Translations under genes and position numbers: made by a program
Shown: one piece after another, positions 1 through 9,515 of the stretch
Layout: every line of letters begins with the position of its first letter
How positions within the stretch are numbered: the stretch's first letter is position 1
The notes under the pieces: model-generated
The model's input: only the letters and a program-made list of their open reading frames with translations
What the model was told of the DNA's origin: nothing
The model's database searches: none
Source of the DNA: Candidatus Desulfaltia bathyphila
GTDB lineage: Bacteria > Desulfobacterota > Desulfobacteria > Desulfobacterales > ETH-SRB1
Length of the DNA: 64,000 bases
Direction of reading: 5' to 3'
Assembly: GCA_014381545.1 (NCBI GenBank)
Contig: JACNLL010000056.1
Span: 26,846 to 90,845 of the forward strand

Positions 1-210
1 GCCATGGGCAACGCAATCTCCAAGCGCCAAAGGTTGAGGCTTTATCATCCCTTTTTTAACCAGATCAGCCTTTCCTTCAAGCAGGGTAACCTTTGCCATA
101 TCACCTTTTATTTCAATTTCAACCGCCTTGTTTTCAGCCTGCGCGGTAAAAGGAAACAGAATAACAAAAAGAAAAAATAAAGGTATCGCTCTATTAATAA
201 TAAGCCTCAT
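1..210 (-). CDS. Exported protein, N-terminal fragment (gene runs off window start); weak FecR-like resemblance
   Basis: Reverse-strand ATG at 208-210, then MRLIINRAIPLFFLFVILFPFTAQA signal peptide and open frame to position 1. Absent from the ORF track because it is truncated. Confidence 0.4.
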   Translation of the reverse strand, partial: MRLIINRAIPLFFLFVILFPFTAQAENKAVEIEIKGDMAKVTLLEGKADLVKKGMIKPQPLALGDCVAHG

Positions 211-240
211 AATTATATACTCCGAGTTAATTACAATTAC

Positions 241-432
241 AGGGATCAGGTATCAGCAATCGGGTGTCAGGAAGACTTTTTTCAAACTCGCTCCGTCACC
301 ATGCTGACTTCGCCAAAGTAGCCCTGGCTACGCCGGCTGAAAGCGGCTTTGGCGCGTCGGTGACTGACCTCTGGTCTCCGACCTCTGACCTCTAATCCCT
401 TATAATCCGTTACCCTTTAATCCTTTTAATCC
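241..432. repeat. Nested imperfect palindrome with heptamer-periodic arms
   Basis: G-arm agggatc/aggtatc/agcaatc/gggtgtc (241-273) faces C-arm cctctga/cctctaa/tccctta (361-432). Inner inverted repeat gtcacc...gccaaag (295-318) pairs with ctttggc...ggtgac (347-364). Confidence 0.6.
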
Positions 433-435
433 TTA

Positions 436-1593
436 CTATAGCTGAGATTTAAGCATGCGAATACTTAAAAGCGCATCTGCGCCTGAAACCGGACCTATCG
501 CGTCAAACTCTCCTGTCGCAAGATCCTTTGCCACCATGATGCCTCGGGTAGTGCAAATCATAACAGCATTGAAATACGGAAGATCATTTCTCAAATCAGG
601 AAAAAGGGAAACACTGCCGATAAACCTTGTGGCCAAATCATCAACACCGGTGAGTTTTATAAGAATATCTTCTATCATCATCGCAAATTCTGCGCGGGTT
701 ATAGTCTGATACGGTTTATAGGTGTGATCCGGAAAAGGCTGAAGCCCTTTGATTCCTATTTCGATTACAGCATCAATATCTGCTTTCAGCACATGGTCAT
801 CGATATCGGTTGCAGGCAGAATCTTTACATATATTCCGGTTTCAAGCTGCTTCTCCGGACTTTTAAATGCGATATCGAATTTTTTTGGCGTCCTTTTTTT
901 AAAAATCTCATCGACTTTAAGCTCCTCGATAAAAAGGGCGGCAATATCTGCGCGGGTAATCTTTTCAACAAGAGCAATCTTTTTCCCAATTTTTGAACCA
1001 GGCATTGCTCTTTCGATTTTCTGAACAAGAGCATATTCCTTATCAGCCTCTGCAATATATCCATTGTCTAATTCAAGTACTCTGGAAAACCGGTCAACAG
1101 CCTGACGGAACTTATAAGAGATTTTATAGGCCAGACCCATGTAGAAATATGGTGCGGAAACATCTTTGGAAATCAACACGGCTTTATCAAATTCCTCTTC
1201 AGTCAGCTTGAGCCAGTTTATATCAATATTTGTCTTGCCCATTATATAAAGCCGCATAAATCCCACATTAACCGCTATTTTTTGCTCATCTCCCCGTGCA
1301 TATTTCCTTGCCTCTTTCATGGTTTTAAGGCTGTTTTTAAAATTATCTCTAAACCCATCAACAAGGCCGAGTCCCACATAAGCCGGTGAAAATTTCGGAC
1401 TCAACTCTTTTGCTCTGTTGAATTCACGAAATGCCGCATCAATTTTGCCTGCCTTCAGCAGCTTATTGCCAACGGCAACATGGTGCTCCGGCGTATCCAG
1501 CTCAGCTCTCGGAGCCATTGCCTTTGGCCCGCATGCATAAAAGAAAAGCAGGCTGATAGCTGCCAGCATAATAAATATCTTTCTATTAAACAT
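436..1593 (-). CDS. Lipoprotein with N-terminal TPR and C-terminal SLH-like repeats
   Basis: Signal peptide with lipobox-like FFYAC. TPR-like helices (AAFREFNRAKELSPKFSPAYVGLG). SLH-like motifs ending ITRAEFAMMIEDIL, ITRADIAALFIEEL and GADALLSIRML. Confidence 0.55.
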   Translation of the reverse strand: MFNRKIFIMLAAISLLFFYACGPKAMAPRAELDTPEHHVAVGNKLLKAGKIDAAFREFNRAKELSPKFSPAYVGLGLVDGFRDNFKNSLKTMKEARKYARGDEQKIAVNVGFMRLYIMGKTNIDINWLKLTEEEFDKAVLISKDVSAPYFYMGLAYKISYKFRQAVDRFSRVLELDNGYIAEADKEYALVQKIERAMPGSKIGKKIALVEKITRADIAALFIEELKVDEIFKKRTPKKFDIAFKSPEKQLETGIYVKILPATDIDDHVLKADIDAVIEIGIKGLQPFPDHTYKPYQTITRAEFAMMIEDILIKLTGVDDLATRFIGSVSLFPDLRNDLPYFNAVMICTTRGIMVAKDLATGEFDAIGPVSGADALLSIRMLKSQL

Positions 1594-1628
1594 GATTCCT
1601 CCTTAAATAATTTTCTTGAGCTTTTCGC

Positions 1629-2516
1629 CTAATCTACCACAATCATCACACGGCATTTTTTCAAGAATGTAAGATGCTCTGAAGCGCTTCGAAGCCTGGA
1701 AGCATCTGCATTGCTTATAACTATATCGGAACGGCCATGTCCTTCAGTTCTAAGCCCTTTAACGGTCAAAGGGCTGTTTGTAACCCTGGGATTGCTTTGA
1801 GCGGCTGTAAGATCCTTCGCATATCCGCTCATTCCCTGTTGCACGGCAAACTCACGGCTTACATATGCCGATCCGTAAACTTCCTCGCCTTTTTCGTTAA
1901 GAATTTTCGGCGCCATCGCAGGCCTTGCATTAATGCCTCTTGCATCGATTACCATACCGGTGAAAACCTCTGATACAGGTTTTGGCGCCGGAGCTGAAGG
2001 TTTCTTAACAATAGGGGGCAATGGTTCTTTGTGAACGGGCGGCACAGGCCTGATAGATTCAACCTGTTTGATTTCCTTTGGAAGAATCAGTTGAGCAAAA
2101 CCTCCCATCAGGCTCATTTGTATAATAACTTCAACCGTTCCATCCGACATATATTCCTGGTGGACTATCTGAGCCCCTTTAACCATTCCCTCGACCTGGG
2201 ACATAATGATGTCGCTTGTAATCGCAAAGTTTTTGACAAGGGTTGTTGAATTGATTCTCACCCCTTTTGTGGCTTCAAGAAGGTTGCGCATAGCATCCAG
2301 TTTTGCAGCTCTTAACGCCATAGGACGTGCTTGAGGTTTGCCGTAATATTTTTCCGGTGGAGCTCCGATCCCTTTTGCCTGAACAACCCCTTTTGTCCAG
2401 TTAATTTTGCCGGTTGCAGTCTGTTCGACTAAATCCTGCCATTGTGCACAATAAACAGAAGCGGGCAAAATAAGCAGCCCGACAAACACTATTGCTAAAA
2501 TTGCATACTTTTTCAT
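1629..2516 (-). CDS. LPP20/FlgP-like exported protein with C-terminal domain of unknown function
   Basis: Signal peptide. Module PMALRAAKLDAMRNLLEATKGVRINSTTLVKNF...GTVEVIIQMSL resembles the LPP20 family. Pro-rich linker (PVPPVHKEPLPPIVKKPSAPAPKP). Confidence 0.5.
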   Translation of the reverse strand: MKKYAILAIVFVGLLILPASVYCAQWQDLVEQTATGKINWTKGVVQAKGIGAPPEKYYGKPQARPMALRAAKLDAMRNLLEATKGVRINSTTLVKNFAITSDIIMSQVEGMVKGAQIVHQEYMSDGTVEVIIQMSLMGGFAQLILPKEIKQVESIRPVPPVHKEPLPPIVKKPSAPAPKPVSEVFTGMVIDARGINARPAMAPKILNEKGEEVYGSAYVSREFAVQQGMSGYAKDLTAAQSNPRVTNSPLTVKGLRTEGHGRSDIVISNADASRLRSASEHLTFLKKCRVMIVVD

Positions 2517-2537
2517 ATTTACCTCCTTGTTTAACCT

Positions 2538-2621
2538 AAATTAGTTGAGTCGTCGAGTTGTTGAATAGGAAAACCATTACCCACTCGACCAATTTCCCAC
2601 TCGACTACTCGACCAATTTCC
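2538..2621. repeat. Imperfect inverted repeat built from short words
   Basis: Left arm aaattagttgagtcgtcgagttgttgaatagg (2538-2569) faces right arm ccactcgaccaatttcccactcgactactcgaccaatttcc (2581-2621). It abuts the stop codon of the TPR gene. Confidence 0.55.
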
Positions 2622-3538
2622 TAATCTGAACCGTATTTCGCCATATAATACTTTGCTGCTTTATTGCCTGGATTTATGTTAAGAGTCTTTTGCCAGTATT
2701 TTAAAGCGTTCTTTCTTTTTCCTGATGTAAAAGCATCCCATGCAGAATCATTATAAACCTTGGCAAGGTTAAGAACAGCGTCCCTGTCTTTGCTGTTTAT
2801 CTTCAGGGTTTTTCTCCACTGCTTTATGGCTGCCTCTTTCTTCCCGGTATTATAGTAAATCCATCCGATTTCATTAAGCGCTTTTGTATATGAAGGTTTG
2901 ATTTCGAGCGTCCTGTTGTATTCAAGCAATGCATTTGCAATCATATCCGCATTATGAAAGGCTTTTGCCAGCCTGAAATGGGTGTCTGCCTCTCCGGAAT
3001 CGGCATTCCTCGCCTTTTTCAGATATTCGATAGCCATAACCGGATTACGCCTGAAATTGTAGATAGTTCCAAGAAAATAGTAGCCGTCTGCACTGTTCTG
3101 ATCGATTTGAATTATTTTATCAAACCTCTCAAAGGCCTGGTTCATTTCCCCTTTACGCAGGTGAAGAATACCGACCCACAAGAGTGCGAAAGTATTTTGC
3201 CTGTCTATATCTGCAACAGTTAAAAATTCTCTGAAAGCTTTGTCAAATTTGCCTTTTTTTCCATACAGGATGCCAAGCTGGTTATGCGCATATTCATTTT
3301 CAGAATCAAGTTTTACTGCTTGTTCAAACCTGCTTACAGCTTTATCCAAATTCCCCTTGTAATGATAGTCAGCCCCCTGGAAGATGAGCTCGTTTACATC
3401 CGCTGCTGCAACAACACTACTACAACAAAAAAACAGAAGCACGGCAAAGATAACATATTTTGCTCTGATCCCTGACCCATGATCCCTGATCCCTGATCCC
3501 AGGCCCCTAATGCCTGGCCCCTGACCCCTGATTCTCAC
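2621..3538 (-). CDS. Exported TPR-repeat protein
   Basis: Multiple TPR units (YHYKGNLDKAVSRFEQAVKLD, NQLGILYGKKGKFDKAFREF and others). Hydrophobic signal core VIFAVLLFFCCSSVVAAA. GTG start at 3538 overlaps the amidase stop (GTGA). Start is uncertain because the first 23 codons are a heptamer array. Confidence 0.7.
   Translation of the reverse strand: MRIRGQGPGIRGLGSGIRDHGSGIRAKYVIFAVLLFFCCSSVVAAADVNELIFQGADYHYKGNLDKAVSRFEQAVKLDSENEYAHNQLGILYGKKGKFDKAFREFLTVADIDRQNTFALLWVGILHLRKGEMNQAFERFDKIIQIDQNSADGYYFLGTIYNFRRNPVMAIEYLKKARNADSGEADTHFRLAKAFHNADMIANALLEYNRTLEIKPSYTKALNEIGWIYYNTGKKEAAIKQWRKTLKINSKDRDAVLNLAKVYNDSAWDAFTSGKRKNALKYWQKTLNINPGNKAAKYYMAKYGSD
3465..3534. repeat. Ten tandem degenerate heptamers (CTGAYCC-type)
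   Basis: Read directly: ctgatcc ctgaccc atgatcc ctgatcc ctgatcc caggccc ctaatgc ctggccc ctgaccc ctgattc. No complementary arm nearby. Lies inside the longest ORF of 2621..3538. Confidence 0.85.
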
Positions 3539-4647
3539 ACAAGCCCCCTTGCCACTGCATCCACAATCTTTTCTCTGAAAGCAGGCTGCTTTAGCTTTGC
3601 TTCATCATCAGGATTGGATATAAATCCTGTTTCGAGGAGTATTGCAGGCATTTTAGCACGACGCAAAACATAGAAATTGGCTGAATGAATCCCCCTGCTT
3701 TTCAGCGGCAGTCTCTTTTTAAAACGTGCCTGAAAAGCCTTTGCAAACTTTCCGCTTTCACTCCAGTTAAGCTTTTGTTCAAACTTAAACAAAATCTCTT
3801 CAATATCTATATAGCCCTGCTTTTTCTTGTAAGGCTCATCATACTTAAGCACCGAATTTTCCAGGGCTGCCACCTTTGCAGCTTCCGCGCTTGAAGCCTT
3901 TTCCGAACAGAAATATGTTTCCGACCCGCTTGGCTGTCTGTTTTTATTTGCATTAATATGTATGCTGATAAACAGATCCGCCTGAAATTGATTTGCAGTA
4001 GCGGTTCTTGCGCTAAGAGGAATGTAATAGTCTCCTGTCCTGGTCAGAAAGGATTTGATTTTTCCCTTCCTTGCCAGCCTTTCATGCAGCTTTATAGCAA
4101 GATCTAATGTTACATCCTTTTCCTTAAGACCCTTTTGTCCGACAGCGCCTGGATCAAATCCACCGTGACCCGCATCAATAACAACCCGTTTTACTTTATA
4201 ACCCAGCCCTTTCTCAGCACGCAGTTTTTTAAGCATGTCCCGCTCTTCATGCATTGCCTCCTTTTCAAGAGGAGTAAGAGGCCTTTTCTTTTTTTCCAGT
4301 TTTGGTATCGGATTCTGGGTAATGATTTCTATCATCATTCTTGAATATGTATCTGCCGGATTCAGGCGCACTGACTCTCTAAACCCAGCAACAGCTTCTG
4401 CTTTTTGTCCAAGCCCAAGATGTGCCCGTCCAAGAAGACCAAAAGCCCAGTCGCTTTCCGGATCTATGCGTACAGCATCTTGAAGCGCTTTAATTGCTTT
4501 GGAAAAATTTTTCTGCTGGATCAGATTCTGCCCTTCAAGCGCCAAATCAAATGCGCTCTTAGACCACCCCAGAACCGGGCAGGTCAGCAAGCCGTATGAA
4601 ACAAAGGCGCTTTGACTTAAAAGCTTTATAAAGAGTCTTCTATGCAT
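3535..4647 (-). CDS. N-acetylmuramoyl-L-alanine amidase (Amidase_3 type) with Tat-like signal and N-terminal TPR
   Basis: MHRRLFIKLL matches the twin-arginine RRxFLK pattern. TPR helices (AIKALQDAVRIDPESDWAFGLLGRAHLGLGQ). Catalytic region VVIDAGHGGFDPGAVG...LFISIHINA...GFISN. Confidence 0.85.
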   Translation of the reverse strand: MHRRLFIKLLSQSAFVSYGLLTCPVLGWSKSAFDLALEGQNLIQQKNFSKAIKALQDAVRIDPESDWAFGLLGRAHLGLGQKAEAVAGFRESVRLNPADTYSRMMIEIITQNPIPKLEKKKRPLTPLEKEAMHEERDMLKKLRAEKGLGYKVKRVVIDAGHGGFDPGAVGQKGLKEKDVTLDLAIKLHERLARKGKIKSFLTRTGDYYIPLSARTATANQFQADLFISIHINANKNRQPSGSETYFCSEKASSAEAAKVAALENSVLKYDEPYKKKQGYIDIEEILFKFEQKLNWSESGKFAKAFQARFKKRLPLKSRGIHSANFYVLRRAKMPAILLETGFISNPDDEAKLKQPAFREKIVDAVARGLV

Positions 4648-7395
4648 TTAATCCCCTAATAAAAATGCATCCATATCTGGCGCTTCGAGCCAGGGTTTTA
4701 TGTTTATATTTTTACCCCATATTACTGTATCGTCAGGCGGCACCTTGCCCCAGAAATTATGGCGGGCATCAATATAGATGGTTGAAAAAGATTGAATCGC
4801 CACGGCATTTTCAATAAAGTTGTTGTGATGAATTTTTGGTTTTGCCATGCCCACACATTCTATTCCGCCTGTCCCCAGGTTTTTTGCAATCGTATTATAC
4901 AATATTCTCGGCCCGGCATCGTTTCCACACCGGATGCCGCTTTGAGAATTATTTACAATATGGCAGTATGCGATTTCAGGCATTCCATGCCGGACATCTA
5001 TAGCTGTTGTGGCATATTCAAATTTGCAATATTTAAAAAAGCTGCTGACCTTGGTTGGTTCTGAAAAATATACAGCGTGTGTATAATCTCCAGGCGAAGG
5101 GGAAGAACCGGAAGATGTAAATATAATCGGGTTATCTTTTGTTCCCATGGCAGCCACACCGCCGTCTTTTGTTAGAATCGAAAACTGCTTGTCAAACAAA
5201 AGCATAACCCCGGGCTGTATATAAAGTGTTGCACCGTTATCCAGTATCAGGTCGTTTGTTATTCTGTAAGGGCTGTCAGAGAATGCAAGGATTGAATCCT
5301 TATCAATCAGTCCGCCAAGATTTTCCGTTATAACCGGAATAGCAATCGATTTTCCATCAGGATACGGACCATCGAGGATTGTTTTGATATTTATTCGTCC
5401 ACTGGTATTGGTCAAAAGGTCATGCCAGTCAGCTTTACCCCACCAGTTATCATTAGCATCAGCAGCTTTGCCATGGAAGGCCCCCTTCATATCGGACGGG
5501 ACATTATCATAAATGTTATTTCCTGAAATTGCTGCCTGGCTGTTTTTAACAACAATGCCGCAACCTTTGTTGTTAATTATCAAATTACATTTTACTGAAA
5601 CCGATCCTGCATCCTGAATTAAAAGCCCTGTATTATTGTTTTTTACGCGGTTGTTTGTGATGGAAACTCTTGCTCCATCTATAATCTCAATTCCTGTAGA
5701 TCTGTTGTCGTGAATTATGCATTTTTTTAGTTGTGGATTTGAAAAGCCTCCGATAATTTTAATGCCGATATCATTTTTCACAAATTCGCAGTTTCTGATC
5801 TCCGGCGATGATGACTTAATTTCAACCCCTGTGGCTGCATCTTTAATCCGGCAAAATGCAAGCAGATTCTTATCACCCTTAACGCTGTCAAATGTAATCC
5901 CCTTCCAAATGTTCTCATTATCTGATAAAAAGGTAATTACCTGAGTTTTACTGCCGCTTGCAATTAGGCCGCCTCTAATAACCACGCCGCCTCCACTGGA
6001 TTTAATTATTGTGCCCGGCTCAATTAAAAGAGAGCATCTTTCCGAAACAATTACTGTATCCTCAATAATATATGGGCTTGCTCCCGCGTACCATATTGTA
6101 TTCTTTTCCAGTTTACCTTTTACATAAGTGGGACCGGGAGGCACTGCCGTGCCTGTAACAGGCCCCTCATTGCTGCTTTCATTCCCAGCCAGATCAACAG
6201 CCGAAATTTTATAATAACAGGCTTTTAAATTTATTGCGTTTTTATCTTCAAACCCGGCAAACTCGGTTTGTCCTATCTTCTTGAAACCGCTGAGCGGAGT
6301 ATCGCTCCTGTAAACTATATACCCTGAAAGATCATCCTCTGCATTTTTATCCCAATTTAACAAAACAGTATTATCACGACCTGCGGCTATTACATTTTTT
6401 GGGGCATCCGGCGGAGTTGTATCAAGGGTTACGGTTCTGGTTGCATCAACCCAGCTTGTTGTATTACCCGCATCATCAGATAAACACCCTGTAACAACAA
6501 CATCCTTTATATTGTCTCCCGGCACTACCCTGTAAGATCCCACATATCCGCCGGGTTCAACCTCCTCCATGTCAATACCTTTTTTGAAACCACCCATATC
6601 AAACCAGGCCTGCATTCCTGAATCCCCTTTTAATGCCACCTTAATTATATCGCCGGCTTTCCTGGGTTCTCCTTTTGAATCCTGTGCCAGCATCTCAATA
6701 CGCGGCTTTCGGAGCGCTTCGGCATATTTCATTGTGGGGATTGTTTTGACCATATCTCTGAAAAGATCGTCGCATGCTCTAAGCAATTGTATATCTCTTA
6801 CATTCATGGCAGCAGCAATAATTGAAGCAACAATGCCAATAGGGGTGGTAGAAATGCCGCCCTCGTGTATGCGCGCCACATGCTTGCCTGACCACAGAAA
6901 ATGTCCCTCGGTATCGTACATCTTTATTTCAGCACCTACAGAGACCTGTGAATAAATAGCGGCAAAGAGCTTGTCAAAATTTGATATGGTTCCAAGAATA
7001 ACAGCATCTACATTCAGGATTTCCTTAAGTTTTTCGGCTGGTGTTTTGTGCACGTCAACAGGATCAACAAGTCCTGCTTTTCTGAGCAGGTGGTCAACAC
7101 GGAACAGTTCCATGTCTTTATATGGCAGGGAGCTGACATGGTTATAAAAACCTCTGCGCACAACTTCAGCCCCTTTTTGACTTTTTGATTCATCAATAAA
7201 TGGAAGAATAGCAACAGTCCGCGGTATATGCTTTTCCATGTATGGATCAACCTTATAAGTTCCCTTGAAGGCTGTTTTAATATCGGAAACAATTGCGGTT
7301 TTTTTGCCGGCAACTACGCATCCGGTAAGATAAATGCTTGCAAACATGATTATCAGCAACAAAGACCTTGTTATTATGCAACCTTTTCTTTTCAT
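4648..7395 (-). CDS. Giant lipoprotein: DUF799-like N-domain, Ig/FN3-like domains, two right-handed beta-helix regions
   Basis: Lipobox LTGC. PRTVAILPFIDESKSQKG...DAVILGTISNF resembles DUF799/LpoB-like lipoproteins. FN3-like LLNWDKNAEDDLSGYIVYRS. Repetitive IxNN/GIxI beta-helix turns and DNWWG. Confidence 0.6.
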   Translation of the reverse strand: MKRKGCIITRSLLLIIMFASIYLTGCVVAGKKTAIVSDIKTAFKGTYKVDPYMEKHIPRTVAILPFIDESKSQKGAEVVRRGFYNHVSSLPYKDMELFRVDHLLRKAGLVDPVDVHKTPAEKLKEILNVDAVILGTISNFDKLFAAIYSQVSVGAEIKMYDTEGHFLWSGKHVARIHEGGISTTPIGIVASIIAAAMNVRDIQLLRACDDLFRDMVKTIPTMKYAEALRKPRIEMLAQDSKGEPRKAGDIIKVALKGDSGMQAWFDMGGFKKGIDMEEVEPGGYVGSYRVVPGDNIKDVVVTGCLSDDAGNTTSWVDATRTVTLDTTPPDAPKNVIAAGRDNTVLLNWDKNAEDDLSGYIVYRSDTPLSGFKKIGQTEFAGFEDKNAINLKACYYKISAVDLAGNESSNEGPVTGTAVPPGPTYVKGKLEKNTIWYAGASPYIIEDTVIVSERCSLLIEPGTIIKSSGGGVVIRGGLIASGSKTQVITFLSDNENIWKGITFDSVKGDKNLLAFCRIKDAATGVEIKSSSPEIRNCEFVKNDIGIKIIGGFSNPQLKKCIIHDNRSTGIEIIDGARVSITNNRVKNNNTGLLIQDAGSVSVKCNLIINNKGCGIVVKNSQAAISGNNIYDNVPSDMKGAFHGKAADANDNWWGKADWHDLLTNTSGRINIKTILDGPYPDGKSIAIPVITENLGGLIDKDSILAFSDSPYRITNDLILDNGATLYIQPGVMLLFDKQFSILTKDGGVAAMGTKDNPIIFTSSGSSPSPGDYTHAVYFSEPTKVSSFFKYCKFEYATTAIDVRHGMPEIAYCHIVNNSQSGIRCGNDAGPRILYNTIAKNLGTGGIECVGMAKPKIHHNNFIENAVAIQSFSTIYIDARHNFWGKVPPDDTVIWGKNINIKPWLEAPDMDAFLLGD

Positions 7396-7669
7396 AATAT
7401 TGACCCCTCACATAAAAACCATTTCTGCAATTTTATTATAATTTATTTGTCATAAAAACTGCAATGAAATAGATCACATGTTAGATATGAAATCCATTAC
7501 TTCATAAATTACACTATAACTATGGCCTAAATCAATAAATTAAACCAAATAAGGGGCCTTTATCCCCCATTTTTGCCAAATCAGCGCTAAATGCCTTTTA
7601 ACCTTCGCCATGAAGTATAAACACGGCCCAAAAGAACGGATTCAGGTGGTTTTCATTTTTTCTTCAAAC

Positions 7670-8569
7670 TTATTTCGCAGACCTTGTTTTAACTTCAGCG
7701 TTATTCTCATAGAATTCAGAGGCATAGCTACTCTTGCCGGTTGATTTTCCAGTCAACTTTATTCCTCTTGTTCTTGCACCGATGTCGCTTGCTTTCGTCT
7801 TGACAAAATAGACTCCTCCCTGAGAGTGAAGGTCTATCTCGCCAAGCGGTGATGTGCTTGCATATACGGTTATATTTTCCTCGCCGAATGGAGGGCTTAT
7901 TTCAAGATCGAACCTGTCTTTGCCTGATGGAATTTCATAGATAGTCCCGCCCTGAAAATAGTTGTCATTTCTGTATGGATTGGGCAGGATCTGAACCATT
8001 TTCCCGGCGGCATCCATGTATATGACACTGGCATAAAAAGGCTTGTTCCCTTTTATGTAAATCCTCATTCTATCGCCACGCTCATATTCCTTTTTATCCG
8101 TCCAGAGCCGGACATGGAGCGGGGCAGATGGATTATCCACAACATCATTTCTTTTAGAAACTTTATCCATTGCCTTTTCATCAGGTATTACCTCGACCTT
8201 AATTTTTATCCTGAAGCAATCCCCTGCGTTCGCATCTTTGTACCAGCTCTTCTCGAGTTCCTTAATGATTTTCACTGTGGCATTGGCGTATGCAGACACC
8301 AAATCCTTCTCAAGCTCAAAGTCCTTGATATGCGTCTCGCTTGTCATGTAGGTCGATGCAAACTCTATTGCGTTTCTCTTTGCGGCTTCCAGCGCAGCCT
8401 GTTCCGTCTGTCTCCTTGACCTGTCCTCACCCATGCAGGCATACCCCTCGGCCTCTGTAATGGTAGATTGCGAGGCATAAGCATACGAAGATGATATAAT
8501 GAACAGAAACAGCGAAGTGACTATCATCGCCATATTTACCTGATCTGTTTTTGATTTAACGGCTAACAT
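7670..8569 (-). CDS. Exported protein, LPP20-like N-module plus DUF4384-like C-domain
   Basis: Signal peptide. QAALEAAKRNAIEFASTYMTSETHIKDFEL resembles the LPP20-type module. C-terminal DRMRIYIKGNKPFYASVIYMDAAGKMVQILPNPY resembles DUF4384. Confidence 0.45.
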   Translation of the reverse strand: MLAVKSKTDQVNMAMIVTSLFLFIISSSYAYASQSTITEAEGYACMGEDRSRRQTEQAALEAAKRNAIEFASTYMTSETHIKDFELEKDLVSAYANATVKIIKELEKSWYKDANAGDCFRIKIKVEVIPDEKAMDKVSKRNDVVDNPSAPLHVRLWTDKKEYERGDRMRIYIKGNKPFYASVIYMDAAGKMVQILPNPYRNDNYFQGGTIYEIPSGKDRFDLEISPPFGEENITVYASTSPLGEIDLHSQGGVYFVKTKASDIGARTRGIKLTGKSTGKSSYASEFYENNAEVKTRSAK

Positions 8570-8592
8570 GAAATGCGTTCTCCTTTCCTAAA

Positions 8593-9273
8593 TCAATAAA
8601 TTTTGCTTTTCAGACGAGATATGTCTAATATCTGGATTCTGCTTTCCTCAATTATTATCAGACCTTGTTCCCGTAGTGATTTAAGCTCCTTATTAATGCT
8701 TTCCCGTGTCGCTCCGACCATATCGCCGAGCTCTTTCTGCGTTAAAGAAAGGTCGATAAGCACTTCGCTGCCCTTTTTTCGTCCGTGAGATTCCGCAAGC
8801 TCTGTCAGTTTTTTTGCGAGCCTTGCTGAAATATTCAAAAAGCAGGTGTCTTCCAACATGTCATCTGTTCTGCGCAGTCTTTTCGAAAGCAGGGAAAGAA
8901 TCGATTCAATAGCATTAACATTGGACTGTAGAAATGAAAGAAAGTTTGCTCTGCTGAGGATAAATACTTCAGATGGTTCTATTGCAACAGCGTCTGCAGA
9001 TCTGGGTTCTCCGTCCAGCAGGGCCATTTCTCCAAAAAAATCCCCTTTTGAAAACATTGTAACGATAATTTCATCGCCCACTCTTGACGGAAGTACAATT
9101 TTAATTGTCCCCTTTTTTACGATATACAGAGCAGTTCCTTCATCGCCCTTCCAGAAAAGGGCCTGACCCTGTTTCAGGGGTTTCAGGCGAAGCGAACCAA
9201 CAAGGTCGTTTAGATCAGAATCGCTTAATGTTTTAAAAATCGGGATCTGCTTTATTATTTCATGTGGTTGCAT
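8593..9273 (-). CDS. Crp/Fnr-family cyclic-nucleotide-binding transcription regulator
   Basis: cNMP-binding core FGEMALLDGEPRSADAVA. C-terminal HTH LTQKELGDMVGATRESINKELKSLREQGLI. Start moved to MQPHEIIK because the longer ORF (to 9342) reads through a palindromic repeat. Confidence 0.8.
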   Translation of the reverse strand: MQPHEIIKQIPIFKTLSDSDLNDLVGSLRLKPLKQGQALFWKGDEGTALYIVKKGTIKIVLPSRVGDEIIVTMFSKGDFFGEMALLDGEPRSADAVAIEPSEVFILSRANFLSFLQSNVNAIESILSLLSKRLRRTDDMLEDTCFLNISARLAKKLTELAESHGRKKGSEVLIDLSLTQKELGDMVGATRESINKELKSLREQGLIIIEESRIQILDISRLKSKIY

Positions 9274-9310
9274 CGGCGACAGTCTCTTTGAGTGAAAACT
9301 ATCCAAAGCT

Positions 9311-9416
9311 GTCATTTCGAACGGAGCGAGAAATCTTATCATATTGTTAATATTGAAATTTAAGATTTCTCCCTCACGCGGCGCAAGCGCCTGCGCTGCA
9401 CGTTAGTCGAAATGAC
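9311..9416. repeat. REP-like palindrome with GC-rich insert (partial copy of the 60-bp GC element)
   Basis: gtcatttcgaac (9311-9322) pairs with gtcgaaatgac (9406-9416). gagaaatctta (9327-9337) pairs with taagatttctc (9361-9371). Core cacgcggcgcaagcgcc resembles 11198-11258. Confidence 0.5.
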
Positions 9417-9462
9417 AAAAAGTGGGGTTTTCGTTCAGGCACTAAATAACAAATTGCTTTTA

Positions 9463-9484
9463 CATAACACATAACACATAACAC
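9463..9484. repeat. Three tandem heptamers CATAACA
   Basis: acataacacataacacataacacc, read directly. Confidence 0.8.
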
Positions 9485-9485
9485 C

Positions 9486-9515
9486 TGATGAATTCGACTT
9501 TTTACGAATTCATCA
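9486..9515 (-). terminator. Stem-loop immediately after the SpoIID stop codon
   Basis: Perfect 11-bp stem tgatgaattcg/cgaattcatca with an 8-nt loop. On the minus strand it is followed by GGTGTTATGTGTTATG, only moderately U-rich. Confidence 0.5.
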
